64,000 nt of DNA, from NCBI GenBank assembly GCA_963844035.1, contig CAWJMT010000004.1, positions 128,001 to 192,000 of the forward strand, given 5' to 3'. The notes under the pieces were generated by a model, which had not been told where the DNA came from, ran no database searches, and saw nothing but the letters and a program-made list of their open reading frames with translations. The first letter of the stretch is position 1, and each line of letters opens with the position of its first letter. The position numbers and the translations under genes were made by a program. Positions 35,207-46,984 of this stretch are shown in pieces. Source of the stretch: an uncultured Gemmatimonadales bacterium (lineage in GTDB: Bacteria; Gemmatimonadota; Gemmatimonadetes; Gemmatimonadales; GWC2-71-9).

Positions 35207-36705
35207 GGCTCGTCGAAACGCCTTCACCCGTGCGAGCAGCGAGTCGGCGGTCGCGGTGTCGCCCCGCGCCAGCGCGCCATTCGCTTCGTAGCGGTAGTAG
35301 TAGGCGCACCGATTGCAAAGCTCCTCCAGGCGACGGAGCATCGAATCGGCGAGGGCCGGACGCCGGAGCCCGAAGGCCGCATCGGCACCCCACACATACA
35401 CCCAGGGGAACCGGTCGTAGATGGCGGTCGAAGCGCGGAATGCCTCAATCGCCTTCTCGTTCTGACCCTTGCTCAGGTAGACGCCCACCATGCGCGCCGG
35501 CCCGTCGTAGGAGCGGGGTGAATCTTCCAGCTCGCTCAAGATGACCGAGCTGGCATCGCGCCAGATCGGCACCCGGAGTCGCGGTGCGCACACCGCCGGC
35601 CAGTACCAACACCACCGCCACCAGTCGCAGGCGCGCCGGCGCCAGATCCTTGAGCCACGCCCCCGCCGCCAGCGCCAGCCCCGCCGACGGCAGATACAGC
35701 GTCCGCTCCGCCACGAGAATCCCCACCGGAAACACCAGATTCGCCACCGGCAAGAGCGCGATCGCGATCCACCCCAACCCGAACGCTTCCACCCGCCGGC
35801 CCCGCCGCCAGGCCAGCGCCAGCAGCCCACCCCACACCGCCACACACAACAAGCCCAGCGCAAACCGCGAATCGAACGGCGTGGTGACCAGGGTACGCTC
35901 GGCCGGGGAGTAATCCACCCGCAGCGTCAGGGGAAACACCAGCAGGCGCGCTACATCGGCGAATGCCGCCACCGCCGTCAGCCGGATCTGCCAGGGCGAG
36001 GCCCAGACGAACACCGGCGCGATATTCTCGATCCGGGCCAGGGGGTGAAGGATGGTGTGACGGGTCACCGCGTACACCGCGGCGACGGCGACCCAGCTGG
36101 CGGCGTAGGCGAGCATGCGGCGGCGAGACGGGCGCTGGAAGCCCAGCATCCAACCCCACACCACCAGCCCCGGCACCACCGCCGCGTTTTCCTTGCTCAA
36201 CAGCCCCGCCACGAGCGCCGTCGCGCTCAACGCCACGCTGTCTCGCCCCAACGCCGCATACACCGCCAGCAGCGCGAACAGCGCCGCCATCAACTCGGCC
36301 CGGCCCACGATGTTCGCCACCGCCTCCACGTGCACCGGATGCACCGCGAACAGCAGCCCGCTCGACCAGCGCCGCGGTGTCGCCGCTCCAGCGCCGCACC
36401 AGCCCCGCCACCAGCACGCTGACGCCGGCGTGCCACACGATGTTCATCCCGTGGAACCAGCCCACGTGCCCGATGGACCAGTCCAGCGTGAAACTCGCGA
36501 TCGCCAGCGGCCGGTACAGCTGTCCCCCGAGCTCGCGCGGCCAGTACGGCAACACGAACGCCCGCCACACGCCGCTCAGGTCGTGGACCAGCGGGTTGTA
36601 GTAGATGATCGGGATGTCGTCGAGCGCCCAGCGGTTCCAGATGGCCCCGAGGTAGACAACCACCGCGCAGGCGGCGACGGCGAGATACAGACGTCTAGCG
36701 GTCAT
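35203..36705 (-). CDS. TMTC-like GT-C protein O-glycosyltransferase B (indels near 36365, 35579 and 35210)
   Basis: WALDD, LYRPL, HPVHVEAVANIVGRAELM, SKENA and AERTLYLPS. Confidence 0.78.
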
Positions 36706-38210
36706 GGCGTGCGGCGACACTCCTTTGGGCGCGCGCGAGCAGCGTATCGGCAAATGCGGTGTAGCCCCGCGCGAGGGCGGCCACCGCTTCGTACTGATAG
36801 TAGTGCTCGCAGCGCACGCATGCGCGCTCGAGGCGCTGCAATAGTGAGTCGGCTACGGCAGTCCGGCCGATGGCGAACGCGGCCTCTGCACCCGTCACGT
36901 ACAGCCAGGGGAGCGTTTGATCGTAGATCGCCGTCGACCGCTCGAAAGCCTCGAGGGCGCGTTCGGGTTGATGGCTGTTGAGGTAGAGCGTCACCATCTT
37001 CGCGGGCCCGTCGTAGGAGCGGGGCGAATCCTCGAGCTCGCTCAGGACCACCGAGTTCACATCGCGCCACACCGGCACCCGGAGCGCGGTGCGCACACCG
37101 CCGGCCAGTACCAGCACCACCGCCACCAATCGCAGGCGCGCCGGTGCCAGATCCTTGAGCCACGCCCCCGCCGCCAGCGCCAGCCCCGCCGACGGCAGAT
37201 ACAGCGTCCGCTCCGCCACCAGGATCCCCACCGGAAACACCAGATTCGCCACCGGCAAGAGCGCGATCGCGATCCACCCCAACCCGAACGCCTCCACCCG
37301 CCGGCCCCGGCGCCAGGCCAGCGCCAGCAGCCCACCCCACACCGCCACACACAGCAGGCCCAGCGCAAACCGCGGATCGAACGGCGTGGTGACCAGGGTG
37401 CGCTCGGCCGGGGAGTAATCCACCCGCAACGTCAGGGGGAACACCAGCAGGCGCGCTACATCCGCGAACGCCGCCACCGCCGTCAGCCGGATCTGCCAGG
37501 GCGAGGCGCCGATGAACACGGGCGCGAGGTTGTAGATCAAAGCGTTGTCGCGCAGCACCGTGTGGCGCACCACGACGTAGGCCGCGGCGACGGCGACCCA
37601 GCTGGCGGCGTAGGCGAGCATGCGGCGGCGGGACGGGCGCTGGAAGCCCAGCATCCAACCCCACACCACCAGCCCCGGCACCACCGCCGCGTTCTCCTTG
37701 CTCAACAGCCCCGCCACGAGCGCCGCCGCGCTCAACGCCACGCTGTCCCGCCCCAAGCGCCGCGTACACCGCCAGCAGCGCGAACAGCGCCGCCATCAGC
37801 TCGGCCCGGCCCACGATGTTCGCCACCGCCTCCACGTGCACCGGATGCACCGCGAACAGCAGCCCGCTCACCAGCGCCGCGGTGTCTCCGCTCCAGCGCC
37901 GCACCAGCCCCGCCACCAGCACGCTGACGCCGGCGTGCCACACGATGTTCATCCCGTGGAACCAGCCCACGTGCCCGATGGACCAGTCCAGCGCGTAACT
38001 CGCAATCGCCAGCGGCCGGTACAGGCCACCGCCGACCTGTGGTGGCCAGTACGAGGTGAGGAACGCCCGCCACGTGGCGCCGGGAGCGTGGAACAGCGGG
38101 TTGAACAGGACGATGGGGTTGTCGTCGAGCGCGAAACGGTTCCACAGGGCGCCGACGTACACGATCGCGGCCGCGGCACCCACCGCGAGGTAGAGCCGCT
38201 TAGCGGTCAC
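36702..38210 (-). CDS. TMTC-like GT-C protein O-glycosyltransferase A (indels near 37755 and 36725)
   Basis: FALDD, LYRPL, HPVHVEAVANIVGRAELM, SKENA and AERTLYLPS. Confidence 0.78.
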   Translation of the reverse strand: MTAKRLYLAVGAAAAIVYVGALWNRFALDDNPIVLFNPLFHAPGATWRAFLTSYWPPQVGGGLYRPLAIASYALDWSIGHVGWFHGMNIVWHAGVSVLVAGLVRRWSGDTAALVSGLLFAVHPVHVEAVANIVGRAELMAALFALLAVYAALGAGQRGVERGGARGGAVEQGERGGGAGAGGVGLDAGLPAPVPPPHARLRRQLGRRRRGLRRGAPHGAARQRFDLQPRARVHRRLALADPADGGGGVRGCSAPAGVPPDVAGGLLPGRAHPGHHAVRSAVCAGPAVCGGVGWAAGAGLAPGPAGGGVRVGVDRDRALAGGESGVSGGDPGGGADAVSAVGGAGAGGGGVAQGSGTGAPAIGGGGAGTGRRCAHRAPGAGVARCELGGPERARGFAPLLRRAREDGDALPQQPSTRTRPRGFRAVDGDLRSNAPLAVRDGCRGRVRHRPDCRSRLTIAAPRARMRALRALLSVRSGGRPRAGLHRICRYAARARPKECRRTP

Positions 38211-39714
38211 GGTTCACGGCGAATACGGTCCGGCCGCCCGGCCAGCGGCGGACGATGGTGAGCCACCCCGGGTAGGCGCCGAGCAGGGTATCGAGCTCCT
38301 TGGCGGAGCCGCCACCGAAACCCGCGAGCAGGACGTGCGTTACGCCCTGACGCTCGAGGTAGGCGCGATGCTCGGCAGGGGTCGGGTGGATCTCCGTGGA
38401 GCCGCGGTACCCATAGATATAGAAGGGGACGGCGGGCTGCCGCGTGTACAGCCAGACCAGCGCTTCGTCGTCGGTGGCGAGCACGCTGCCCGGTGGCAGG
38501 GTCCGCACCCAGGGCAGCAGCTCTCGAAAATTGGCGGAGATCTGCGACGCGGTGAGCCCCCACCAGCGTCCGGCGAAGCCGCGCGCCTCGCGCCACCCGT
38601 ACCCCGCGACCATTGTCAACACCACGATCACCACGGGGAGGCGAAGCGCCGGGCGCTCGAGCAGCGCCAGCGCCCCCGCAGCCCACACGAGCACCAGCCA
38701 CGGGAGCACGGCCCAGAGGAACCGGTCGGGAGGGAACGGCCAGATGGCGAGAATCGCGAAGTAGCAGATCAGGGTAAAGCCGATGGGTGAGCGGCGCACG
38801 ATGCGGGTGAGGCCATACAGGCCGATGGCGAGCGCGACGGCGCCAAGCAGATAGTAGAGCGGCGCCGGCAGTCCGCCGAACACGAGATCGGCCAGGGGCC
38901 GCGGCAGGTCGCGCGCGCTGGCGCGAAACACGCCGAGGCCCGCCTGCTGGACGGTCTCGAAGTAGCTGCCGTAGTTCATCGCCAGGGCAGGATCGAGCCC
39001 GCCCGAATGCCGCACCACCCACGCCCCCCAGCCGGCAGCAGCCACCACCACGCCGGCCACCGCGGCAAGCACGTCCACCCATGGGGCCCGTCGCACCAGG
39101 ACGAGATACAGGGCGATGCCGGCTCCCGCGGCTACACCCAGGGAGCGGGTGAGCAGCGCGAGCGCCGCGGCCAGTCCCGGCAAGCGCGGCGGAAGTGGTG
39201 GAAGACCAGCGCGGCGGAGGAGTCCCCGGCCAGGATCACGGCGGCGGCGAGCCAGACTCCGAAGAGCGGCTCGGCGAACAGGACACTCTGGATCGCGAGC
39301 ACCGGCATCGACAGCGCGCTGGCCGCGACGAGGGCCGGGGCAAGCCAGGCGGGCGCGCGGTCGCCCAGCAGGTTCGCCCGGACGGCATACCAGGCCACGA
39401 GGCCGGCGCCGATGGCGCCGAGCAGCAGGTTGAGGATCTTGGCCGCGAACGCGGCCGTCTCGACCGACAACGTTGCGAACAGCGGGGCCAGGAGCAGCGG
39501 GTAGAGGGGCGGATAGTGGATTGCCGCCGGAGCGCCGGGGAGATGCGGATGCACGTAGCCCAGGCCTTCGCCGAGGGCGACGGCGAGCCCGGCATACAGG
39601 CCGTCGTCGTAGAAGACGCCGACCAGATCGTGATTGAGAGTGAGTGCACCGCCGGCGAGCACGACCATCCCGACGCCGAGTGCCGGCGCGGGCGGGGGTC
39701 AGCGCCTGCGCCAA
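38200..39714 (-). CDS. GT-C fold membrane glycosyltransferase, PMT/ArnT-like (indels; start approximate)
   Basis: After TM1 it reads VFYDDGLY...[11 protein letters not shown]. Also FAEPLF, LLTR, DRFL and many TM helices. Confidence 0.65.
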   Translation of the reverse strand: MAQALTPARAGTRRRDGRARRRCTHSQSRSGRRLLRRRPVCRARRRPRRRPGLRASASPRRSGGNPLSAPLPAAPGPAVRNVVGRDGRVRGQDPQPAARRHRRRPRGLVCRPGEPAGRPRARLACPGPRRGQRAVDAGARDPECPVRRAALRSLARRRRDPGRGLLRRAGLPPLPPRLPGLAAALALLTRSLGVAAGAGIALYLVLVRRAPWVDVLAAVAGVVVAAAGWGAWVVRHSGGLDPALAMNYGSYFETVQQAGLGVFRASARDLPRPLADLVFGGLPAPLYYLLGAVALAIGLYGLTRIVRRSPIGFTLICYFAILAIWPFPPDRFLWAVLPWLVLVWAAGALALLERPALRLPVVIVVLTMVAGYGWREARGFAGRWWGLTASQISANFRELLPWVRTLPPGSVLATDDEALVWLYTRQPAVPFYIYGYRGSTEIHPTPAEHRAYLERQGVTHVLLAGFGGGSAKELDTLLGAYPGWLTIVRRWPGGRTVFAVNRDR

Positions 39715-40407
39715 TCCCCGGCCGGCGGGAAGAGGTTGTAGCGCAGGATGTGAAAGAAGGCGGCGACTCCGTCCTTCCAGGTGATCTTCTTCCCTTCGGC
39801 GTAGGTGCGGCCGCTGTAGGAGATGGGCTGCTCCCAGATGCGCGCCCCGACCTGCGCCAGCCGCGCGGTGATCTCGACCTCGAATCCGAACCGGTTCGCC
39901 GTGAGCGGCAGACGCTTCATCAGGTCCGTGCGCACCAGCTTGTAGCACGTCTCCATGTCGGTGATGTTCAGGTTCGTGAACATGTTGGAGAGGAGGGTGA
40001 GAGCCTTGTTCCCGACGTAGTGCCAGAAGTACAGCACGCGGTGGGGCCCTCCCTGAAAGCGCGATCCGAACACCGCATCGGCCTTTCCGTCCAGGATCGG
40101 CTTCAAGCAGGCCCGGCAGGTCGGCCGGGTCGTACTCGAGGTCCGCGTCCTGGATGACGATCACGTCACCGGTGGCCCGCGCGATCCCCGAGCGGATGGC
40201 GGCCCCCTTGCCGCGGTTCACCGGGTGGCGCTCGAGGTGGTCGATGGTGCGGGCCTCGTGCAGCCGTTCCAGCACCGCCGCCGACCCGTCGCGCGACGCG
40301 TCATCGATCGCGATCACCTCGAGCGAAACCGGAATGGCGCGCACCCGCTGCCACCAGGTGCTCGAGCGTCGCCGCTTCGTTGTAGACGGGGATCAGGACC
40401 GAGAGCT

Positions 40408-40411
<4 letters not shown>
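39699..40411 (-). CDS. GT2 polyprenol-phosphate sugar synthase, DPM1-like (indels near 40350 and 40105)
   Basis: [59 protein letters not shown] and [10 protein letters not shown]. Confidence 0.88.
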
Positions 40412-41798
<1,387 letters not shown>

Positions 41799-41802
<4 letters not shown>

Positions 41803-43461
41803 GCGGCCTCCTCTTTGCGGCGGGCGGCGGGGAAGTGCACGATGAACGTGGTCCCCCGGCCCGCGGTAGTGTCCACCAAAACCAGGCCGCGGTGCGCCTC
41901 GACCGCGCGCTGCACGATGGCGAGCCCGAGGCCCGTCCCTCCCGTGCGACCGGTGACGAACGGCTCGAACAGCCGGGCCCGAACGGGCTCGGGGATCCCC
42001 GGCCCATTGTCGGTGACCCGCAACGAAACGGGATTGTCGATCCCCGCGCCCCCCGGCAGGTCCTGCAGCGACGAGCGACCGGTCCGCACCACCACCCGGG
42101 CGCCGGGGCCCGTCGCCTGAACGGCGTTCAGGAGCAGGTTCGACACGACCCGGTGCAGCAAGTCCTCGTCGCCCTCCATCGCGGTGACCTCCCCTTCCAG
42201 GGTGATCTGCGCGTCCGCGGGGCAGTCGGGATGCTCCCGCACCAGCCGGATGGCCGCGGCGGCCACCTGATGCAGATCGAGCGGGCGGCATTCGGTCACG
42301 CGCACCCGCGAGAAATCGAGGAACTCGGACAGCAGGCGCGACAGGCGATCGCTTTCCCGGACGATCAATCCCGCCAGGAATTTTTCGTCTGGATTGGTGC
42401 GCGTGGAGCGGGCGAGCTGCTCCACCGATGAGCGAATCGAAGCGAGCGGATTCTTGATCTCGTGCGCCAGGCTCGACGACAGCTCGGCGACCGCCTCGAG
42501 ACGCTGCGCCCGCAGATGCAGCTCGGCGAGCCGTTTGGAATCCGAGATGTCGGTGAAGATCGCCGTCACGCGCGGCGGGCCGTCGGCGTCCAGATCCAGC
42601 GTGGTGGTGGTGACGCCGATCAGAAAGGTCCGGTCCGGCGCGCCGCACGGTCGCCTCGACCCGCATCGCGCGCACGCCGCGCCGCGCCGTTGCGGTGACG
42701 GCGGCCCAGAACTCCGGCGCGATGCGCGCGAATTCCGGCATGATCGGCCGGGAGCGCCAGTCGCGCTCCCGGAACCCAAAGATCTGCTCGGCCGCCGGAT
42801 TGCAGTACAGCAGCACCCCGTCGCCGTCGATGGTCACGATGCCGGTGGGAATGTTGCGGAGCACGTCCGCCGCTTCGAGCCGCACCTGGCGCAGCTCGCC
42901 CGCCAACGCCTCGCGCTCGGCGCCCATGACGGACACGCGGCTCGCGAAATACGCCGTCACCGCTGCCACGGACGCGAACAGCGCCAGCTGGATGGCCGTG
43001 TCCGGGGTCGCGGTCGTGTGGTGGCCGAAGAACACGTCGGCGAAATACACGATGCCTGCGAGCAGCGTCACGAGGCCGGTGCTGGCCGGCGGCATCAGCA
43101 CGGCGCTCACCGCGATCAGCGGCACATATAAGGAGGTGAAGTCGCTCTGCGGCCCCCCGGTGATGTGCACGACCGCGGTGATGAGCGCCGTGTCGAACAG
43201 CACCTGGCTGTACAGGAAGGTCAGACCCGGCCGGCGATTCCGGATATGGGTGTGCCAGTAGGAGGCGATGGTCACGACCACCGCCGCCACGAGCATGAAG
43301 GACGTGACCAGGATGTCCGACGGGGCGACGACTTTGAACTTGAGCGCGGCGCTGAGGTAGATCGCGACCGCGACACACATCCGCCCGACGTAGACGGCGC
43401 GGAGTAGCGTCTGGGGAGTCGGAATCGCCGACGAGGTTGAACGGGCGCCGAGCCAGCGCAC
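41799..43461 (-). CDS. pilS: Sensor kinase PilS (multi-TM, PAS, HK; indel near 42640)
   Basis: ITAVVHITGGPQSDF (PilS-type membrane domain), PAS, AHEIKNPL and GTGLGL. Confidence 0.82.
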
Positions 43462-43612
43462 GGACGCTCCTTCCCGGCCCGCCGGAGCTGGCGCTCGGCG
43501 AACCTAGCTAAACGAAAGCAATGTAATCAGTTATCTTGGCGACCGCGGACTGTTCGAGGCTGGACGCCGGGTAATTATTGGAGTTGGTGTGGCAAAGTGC
43601 AATAGCGGCGGC

Positions 43613-43765
43613 TCACGCCGACGGGGGGGTGGCGGGAGCGGAGGTCCCCTGCGCTTCGCGCTGCCGTTTCACGTGCTTGGCTTTGCCTTTCTTCCGAAGG
43701 CGGGTATTCCCGTACGTGCCGCGGTGGATCTTGCCGCGTTTGCTGCGGAGGTCGCCCTTGCCCAT
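43613..43765 (-). CDS. 30S ribosomal protein THX (bS31/PSRP4 family)
   Basis: MGKGDLRSKRGKIHRGTYGNTR signature; GAGGA SD. Confidence 0.88.
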   Translation of the reverse strand: MGKGDLRSKRGKIHRGTYGNTRLRKKGKAKHVKRQREAQGTSAPATPPSA

Positions 43766-43872
43766 CGTGGTCCTCGTGTGAAGGTAAGTAGCGAGAAAGG
43801 TACTCCACGATCCATGGTGCAACCAGCCCGCCTACTCCGCACCCTCCGCGTCGCGATTAGATTGCCCTCCCT

Positions 43873-44559
43873 ATGAACTGTCATGCCTGCGGTACTCAGC
43901 TCGCGCCCACGGCGCGGTTCTGCCACAAGTGCGGTGCGAAGTTGCGCGGCGATCAGGCGACCGGCTGGCGGGCCGGGCTGCCCTGGGCGCTGGCCGGTAT
44001 GGCCCTGGGAGCGCTGATCGCCGTGGTCGGGCTCAAGTTCACCGGCAAGAGCGCGGCGGCGGGGGCTCCGGAGGCGACCATGCCCCCCAGGGCGAGTGCT
44101 CCGGGAATGGGCAGGCCCCCGGACATCAGCCGGATGACGCCGGAGGAGCGGGCGACCCGCCTGTACAACCGCGTCATGACCCTGCACGCAGCCGGCAAGG
44201 CGGACAGCGCCGAGTTCTTCCTCCCCATGGCCCTCCAGGCCTACGGGATGCTTCCCACGCTCGACGTTGACGCGCACTACCACATGGGCGTGTTGTACCT
44301 GGCGGGCGGTGACGGCGCCGGGGCCCTGGCCCAGGCGGACTCGATCGGACGCCGGGCAGCCACGCATCTGTTCGGGTTCGTGCTGCGCGCCCAGGCGTTC
44401 GAGCTGCAGCGCGATCCCAAGCGCGCGCAGCAAGCCTATCGCGAGTTCCTGAAGAACGAGAAGGCCGAGCGCGCGCGCGCCCTGCCGGAGTACGTGGACC
44501 ACGCGCAGAACCTCGACTCGTTCCACCAGAAGGCCGCCGAGGTGGCTGGCGGAGGGTAG
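43873..44559 (+). CDS. Zinc-ribbon membrane protein with TPR-like C-terminus
   Basis: CHACG...FCHKCG, one TM helix and helical repeats. Confidence 0.78.
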   Translation: MNCHACGTQLAPTARFCHKCGAKLRGDQATGWRAGLPWALAGMALGALIAVVGLKFTGKSAAAGAPEATMPPRASAPGMGRPPDISRMTPEERATRLYNRVMTLHAAGKADSAEFFLPMALQAYGMLPTLDVDAHYHMGVLYLAGGDGAGALAQADSIGRRAATHLFGFVLRAQAFELQRDPKRAQQAYREFLKNEKAERARALPEYVDHAQNLDSFHQKAAEVAGGG

Positions 44560-44567
44560 ATAGCAAA

Positions 44568-44595
44568 CAGGCCTCCCGATCGTTCCGGAGGCCTG
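44568..44595. terminator. Hairpin between convergent genes
   Basis: CAGGCCTCC ... GGAGGCCTG. Confidence 0.5.
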
Positions 44596-44620
44596 CGCTC
44601 TACCCTTCCCTCTTCCCGCT

Positions 44621-45826
44621 TTATTGCACCGCGTTCACCATGTCGAAGATGGGCAGGTACATGGCCACCACCATGCCGCCCACGATCACGCCCAGCACCA
44701 CGATCATGATCGGCTCCATGAGGGAGAGCAGTGTGCTCACCGCGGCGTCAACTTCCTCGTCATAGAAGTCGGCGATCTTGGACAGCATCTCGTCCAAGCC
44801 GCCCGTCTGCTCGCCCACCGCGATCATGGAAATGACCATGGGCGGGAACACCTTCGATTTTTGCAGCGGTGCGGCGATCGTCTCACCGCCCGCGATCGAC
44901 GCGCGCGACTCCATCACGGCGTTGTGGATCACCTGGTTGCCGGCCGTGCGGGCGGTGATTTCGAGCCCATCGAGAATCGAGACGCCGGACGAAATGAGCG
45001 TACCGAGCGTGCGGGTGAACCGGGAGACGGCCGACTTGCGGATCACGTCGCCCAGCACCGGCACGTTGAGCATGAAGGTGTCGATCTGCAGCTTGCCGGG
45101 CTCCGTCTGGTAGTAGCGGTTGATCCCGAAGGCGGTACCCCCCATCGCGCCGAGAATGGCCCACCAATAGTGCTTCAACAGGTTGCTCAGCCCGATCACG
45201 ATGCGGGTCGGCAGCGGCAGCTCGAGGTTCACCGACGCGAACATGGCCTGGAAGGTGGGAATCACGAAGATGAGCAGCACCGTGATGGCGATCGCGGCGA
45301 CCGACAAGATCACCACGGGGTACACCATCGCCCCCTTCACCTTGCGGATGATGGCGTCGTTTTTCTCGAGGAATTGCGCCAGCCGGATCAGAATCGTGTC
45401 GAGAATACCGCCCGCCTCACCGGCGGCGACCATGTTGACGAACAGGTCGCTGAAGGCCTTGGGGTGCTTGCGGAGGGCGTCGGCCAGGGTGTGCCCGCTC
45501 TCGACGTCGTACACCACCTGGCGCGTGACGTCGGCCAGGATCTTGTTTTCGGTCTGGTCGGCGAGGATGCCGAGCGCCTGCACCAGGGGAAGTCCCGCAT
45601 TGATCATCGTGGCGAACTGCCGCGTCATGATCACGACGTCGCGCGTCTTGACCCCGCCCCCGAACTTGAAGCTCAGCTTGAACTCGCGCGGCGCCTGCCG
45701 GACCTGCACCACCACCATGCGGTTCTTGCGCAGGTGCGCGATGACGTCGTCGCGGCTCGGCAGGTCGATCTTGTCGTTGACGAGATCGCCCTTCAGCGTG
45801 CGTGCCGTGTACTGGAAGACTGGCAT
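44621..45826 (-). CDS. pilC: Type IV pilus platform protein
   Basis: TRQFATMINAGLP, AGEAGGIL, AMVYP, VGEQTG and AMYLPIF. Confidence 0.96.
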   Translation of the reverse strand: MPVFQYTARTLKGDLVNDKIDLPSRDDVIAHLRKNRMVVVQVRQAPREFKLSFKFGGGVKTRDVVIMTRQFATMINAGLPLVQALGILADQTENKILADVTRQVVYDVESGHTLADALRKHPKAFSDLFVNMVAAGEAGGILDTILIRLAQFLEKNDAIIRKVKGAMVYPVVILSVAAIAITVLLIFVIPTFQAMFASVNLELPLPTRIVIGLSNLLKHYWWAILGAMGGTAFGINRYYQTEPGKLQIDTFMLNVPVLGDVIRKSAVSRFTRTLGTLISSGVSILDGLEITARTAGNQVIHNAVMESRASIAGGETIAAPLQKSKVFPPMVISMIAVGEQTGGLDEMLSKIADFYDEEVDAAVSTLLSLMEPIMIVVLGVIVGGMVVAMYLPIFDMVNAVQ

Positions 45827-46984
45827 AGCTGGCTCCGGCCGCGCCTAGCGGCGCGCGGCGACCTTGGATTGTGGAGGGTGAGTGCCGCCTGCGGCAGCGC
45901 CTCTCGCTCATCAACCGGTGGCTCGCCGATCATCTTCAGGAACTCGTTGGGATTGGACACGACCCGGAGGCACTCGTCCTTGGTCACTTCGTGGTTCATG
46001 TAGAGCTGGTAGAGCGAGTCGGCGAGCGTCTGCATGCCGTACTTCTTTCCCGCCTGCATGGCCGACTCGATCTGGTGGACCTTGTCGTCGCGAATGAGCG
46101 CGCGAATGGCCGGCGTGCACACCATGATCTCGGCCGCCATGACCCGCCCCCGCCCCTTCGCCTTCTGCAGCAGGGTCTGCGTGAGCACGCCCTCGAGCAC
46201 GAAGGCCAGCTGCGCGCGGATCTGCGACTGCTGGTGCGCCGGGAAGATGTCGATGATGCGGTTGATCGTTTCCGCCGCGGAGTTGGTGTGCAGGGTGGCG
46301 AACGCGAGGTGCCCCGTTTCGGCGATCGTCAGCGCCGCCTGCGTCGTCTCCAGATCGCGCATTTCGCCCACCAGCACGACGTCGGGGTCCTGGCGCAGGG
46401 CGTACTTGAGCGCGGCCGCGAAGCTGTTGGTGTCGGTCCCCACCTCGCGCTGGTTGACGATGCAGCTCTGGTGGCGGTGGATGAATTCGATCGGGTCTTC
46501 GACCGTGATGATGTGACCCTTCATTTCCTTGTTGATCTTGTCGATCATCGCCGCCAGCGTCGTGCTCTTGCCCGAGCCCGTCGGCCCCGTCACCAGCACC
46601 AGGCCGCGCGGCCGCTCGGCGAGCTTGCGCCACGACGCCCGGGAGACCGAGGTCGTCGAACGTGCGGACGTTGAAGGGGATTTGCCGGATCACCAGCGAC
46701 ACGCAGCCGCGCTGCTTGAAGCAGTTGCCGCGGAACCGCGCCAGGTTCTGGATTCCGAACGAGAAGTCCAGCTCGTTCTCGGTCTCGAAGCGCTTTTTCT
46801 GCGTCTCCGTGAGAACCGAGTAGGCCAGGGACAGCGTGTCCTTGGGCGTCATCACCTCGTCCGTGGACGCGTTGCCCATGTCGCCGTCCACGCGCAGCTT
46901 GGGCCGCTCGCCCGCCACGATGTGCAAGTCGGACGCGTCTTTCTCGATCATTTCTTCGAGCAGCGCCCGCAGATTCACCGTCAT
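45793..46984 (-). CDS. pilT: Retraction ATPase (indel near 46630; 3' end uncertain)
   Basis: ASDLH, GPTGSGKSTTLAA, LRQDPD, AETGHL, AIRALIRDDK and GMQT. Confidence 0.94.

Noticed and set aside
31654..38210. Diversity-generating retroelement or silent-cassette antigenic variation
   Set aside because: There is no reverse transcriptase and no evident adenine-specific pattern, and all copies are full-length genes.
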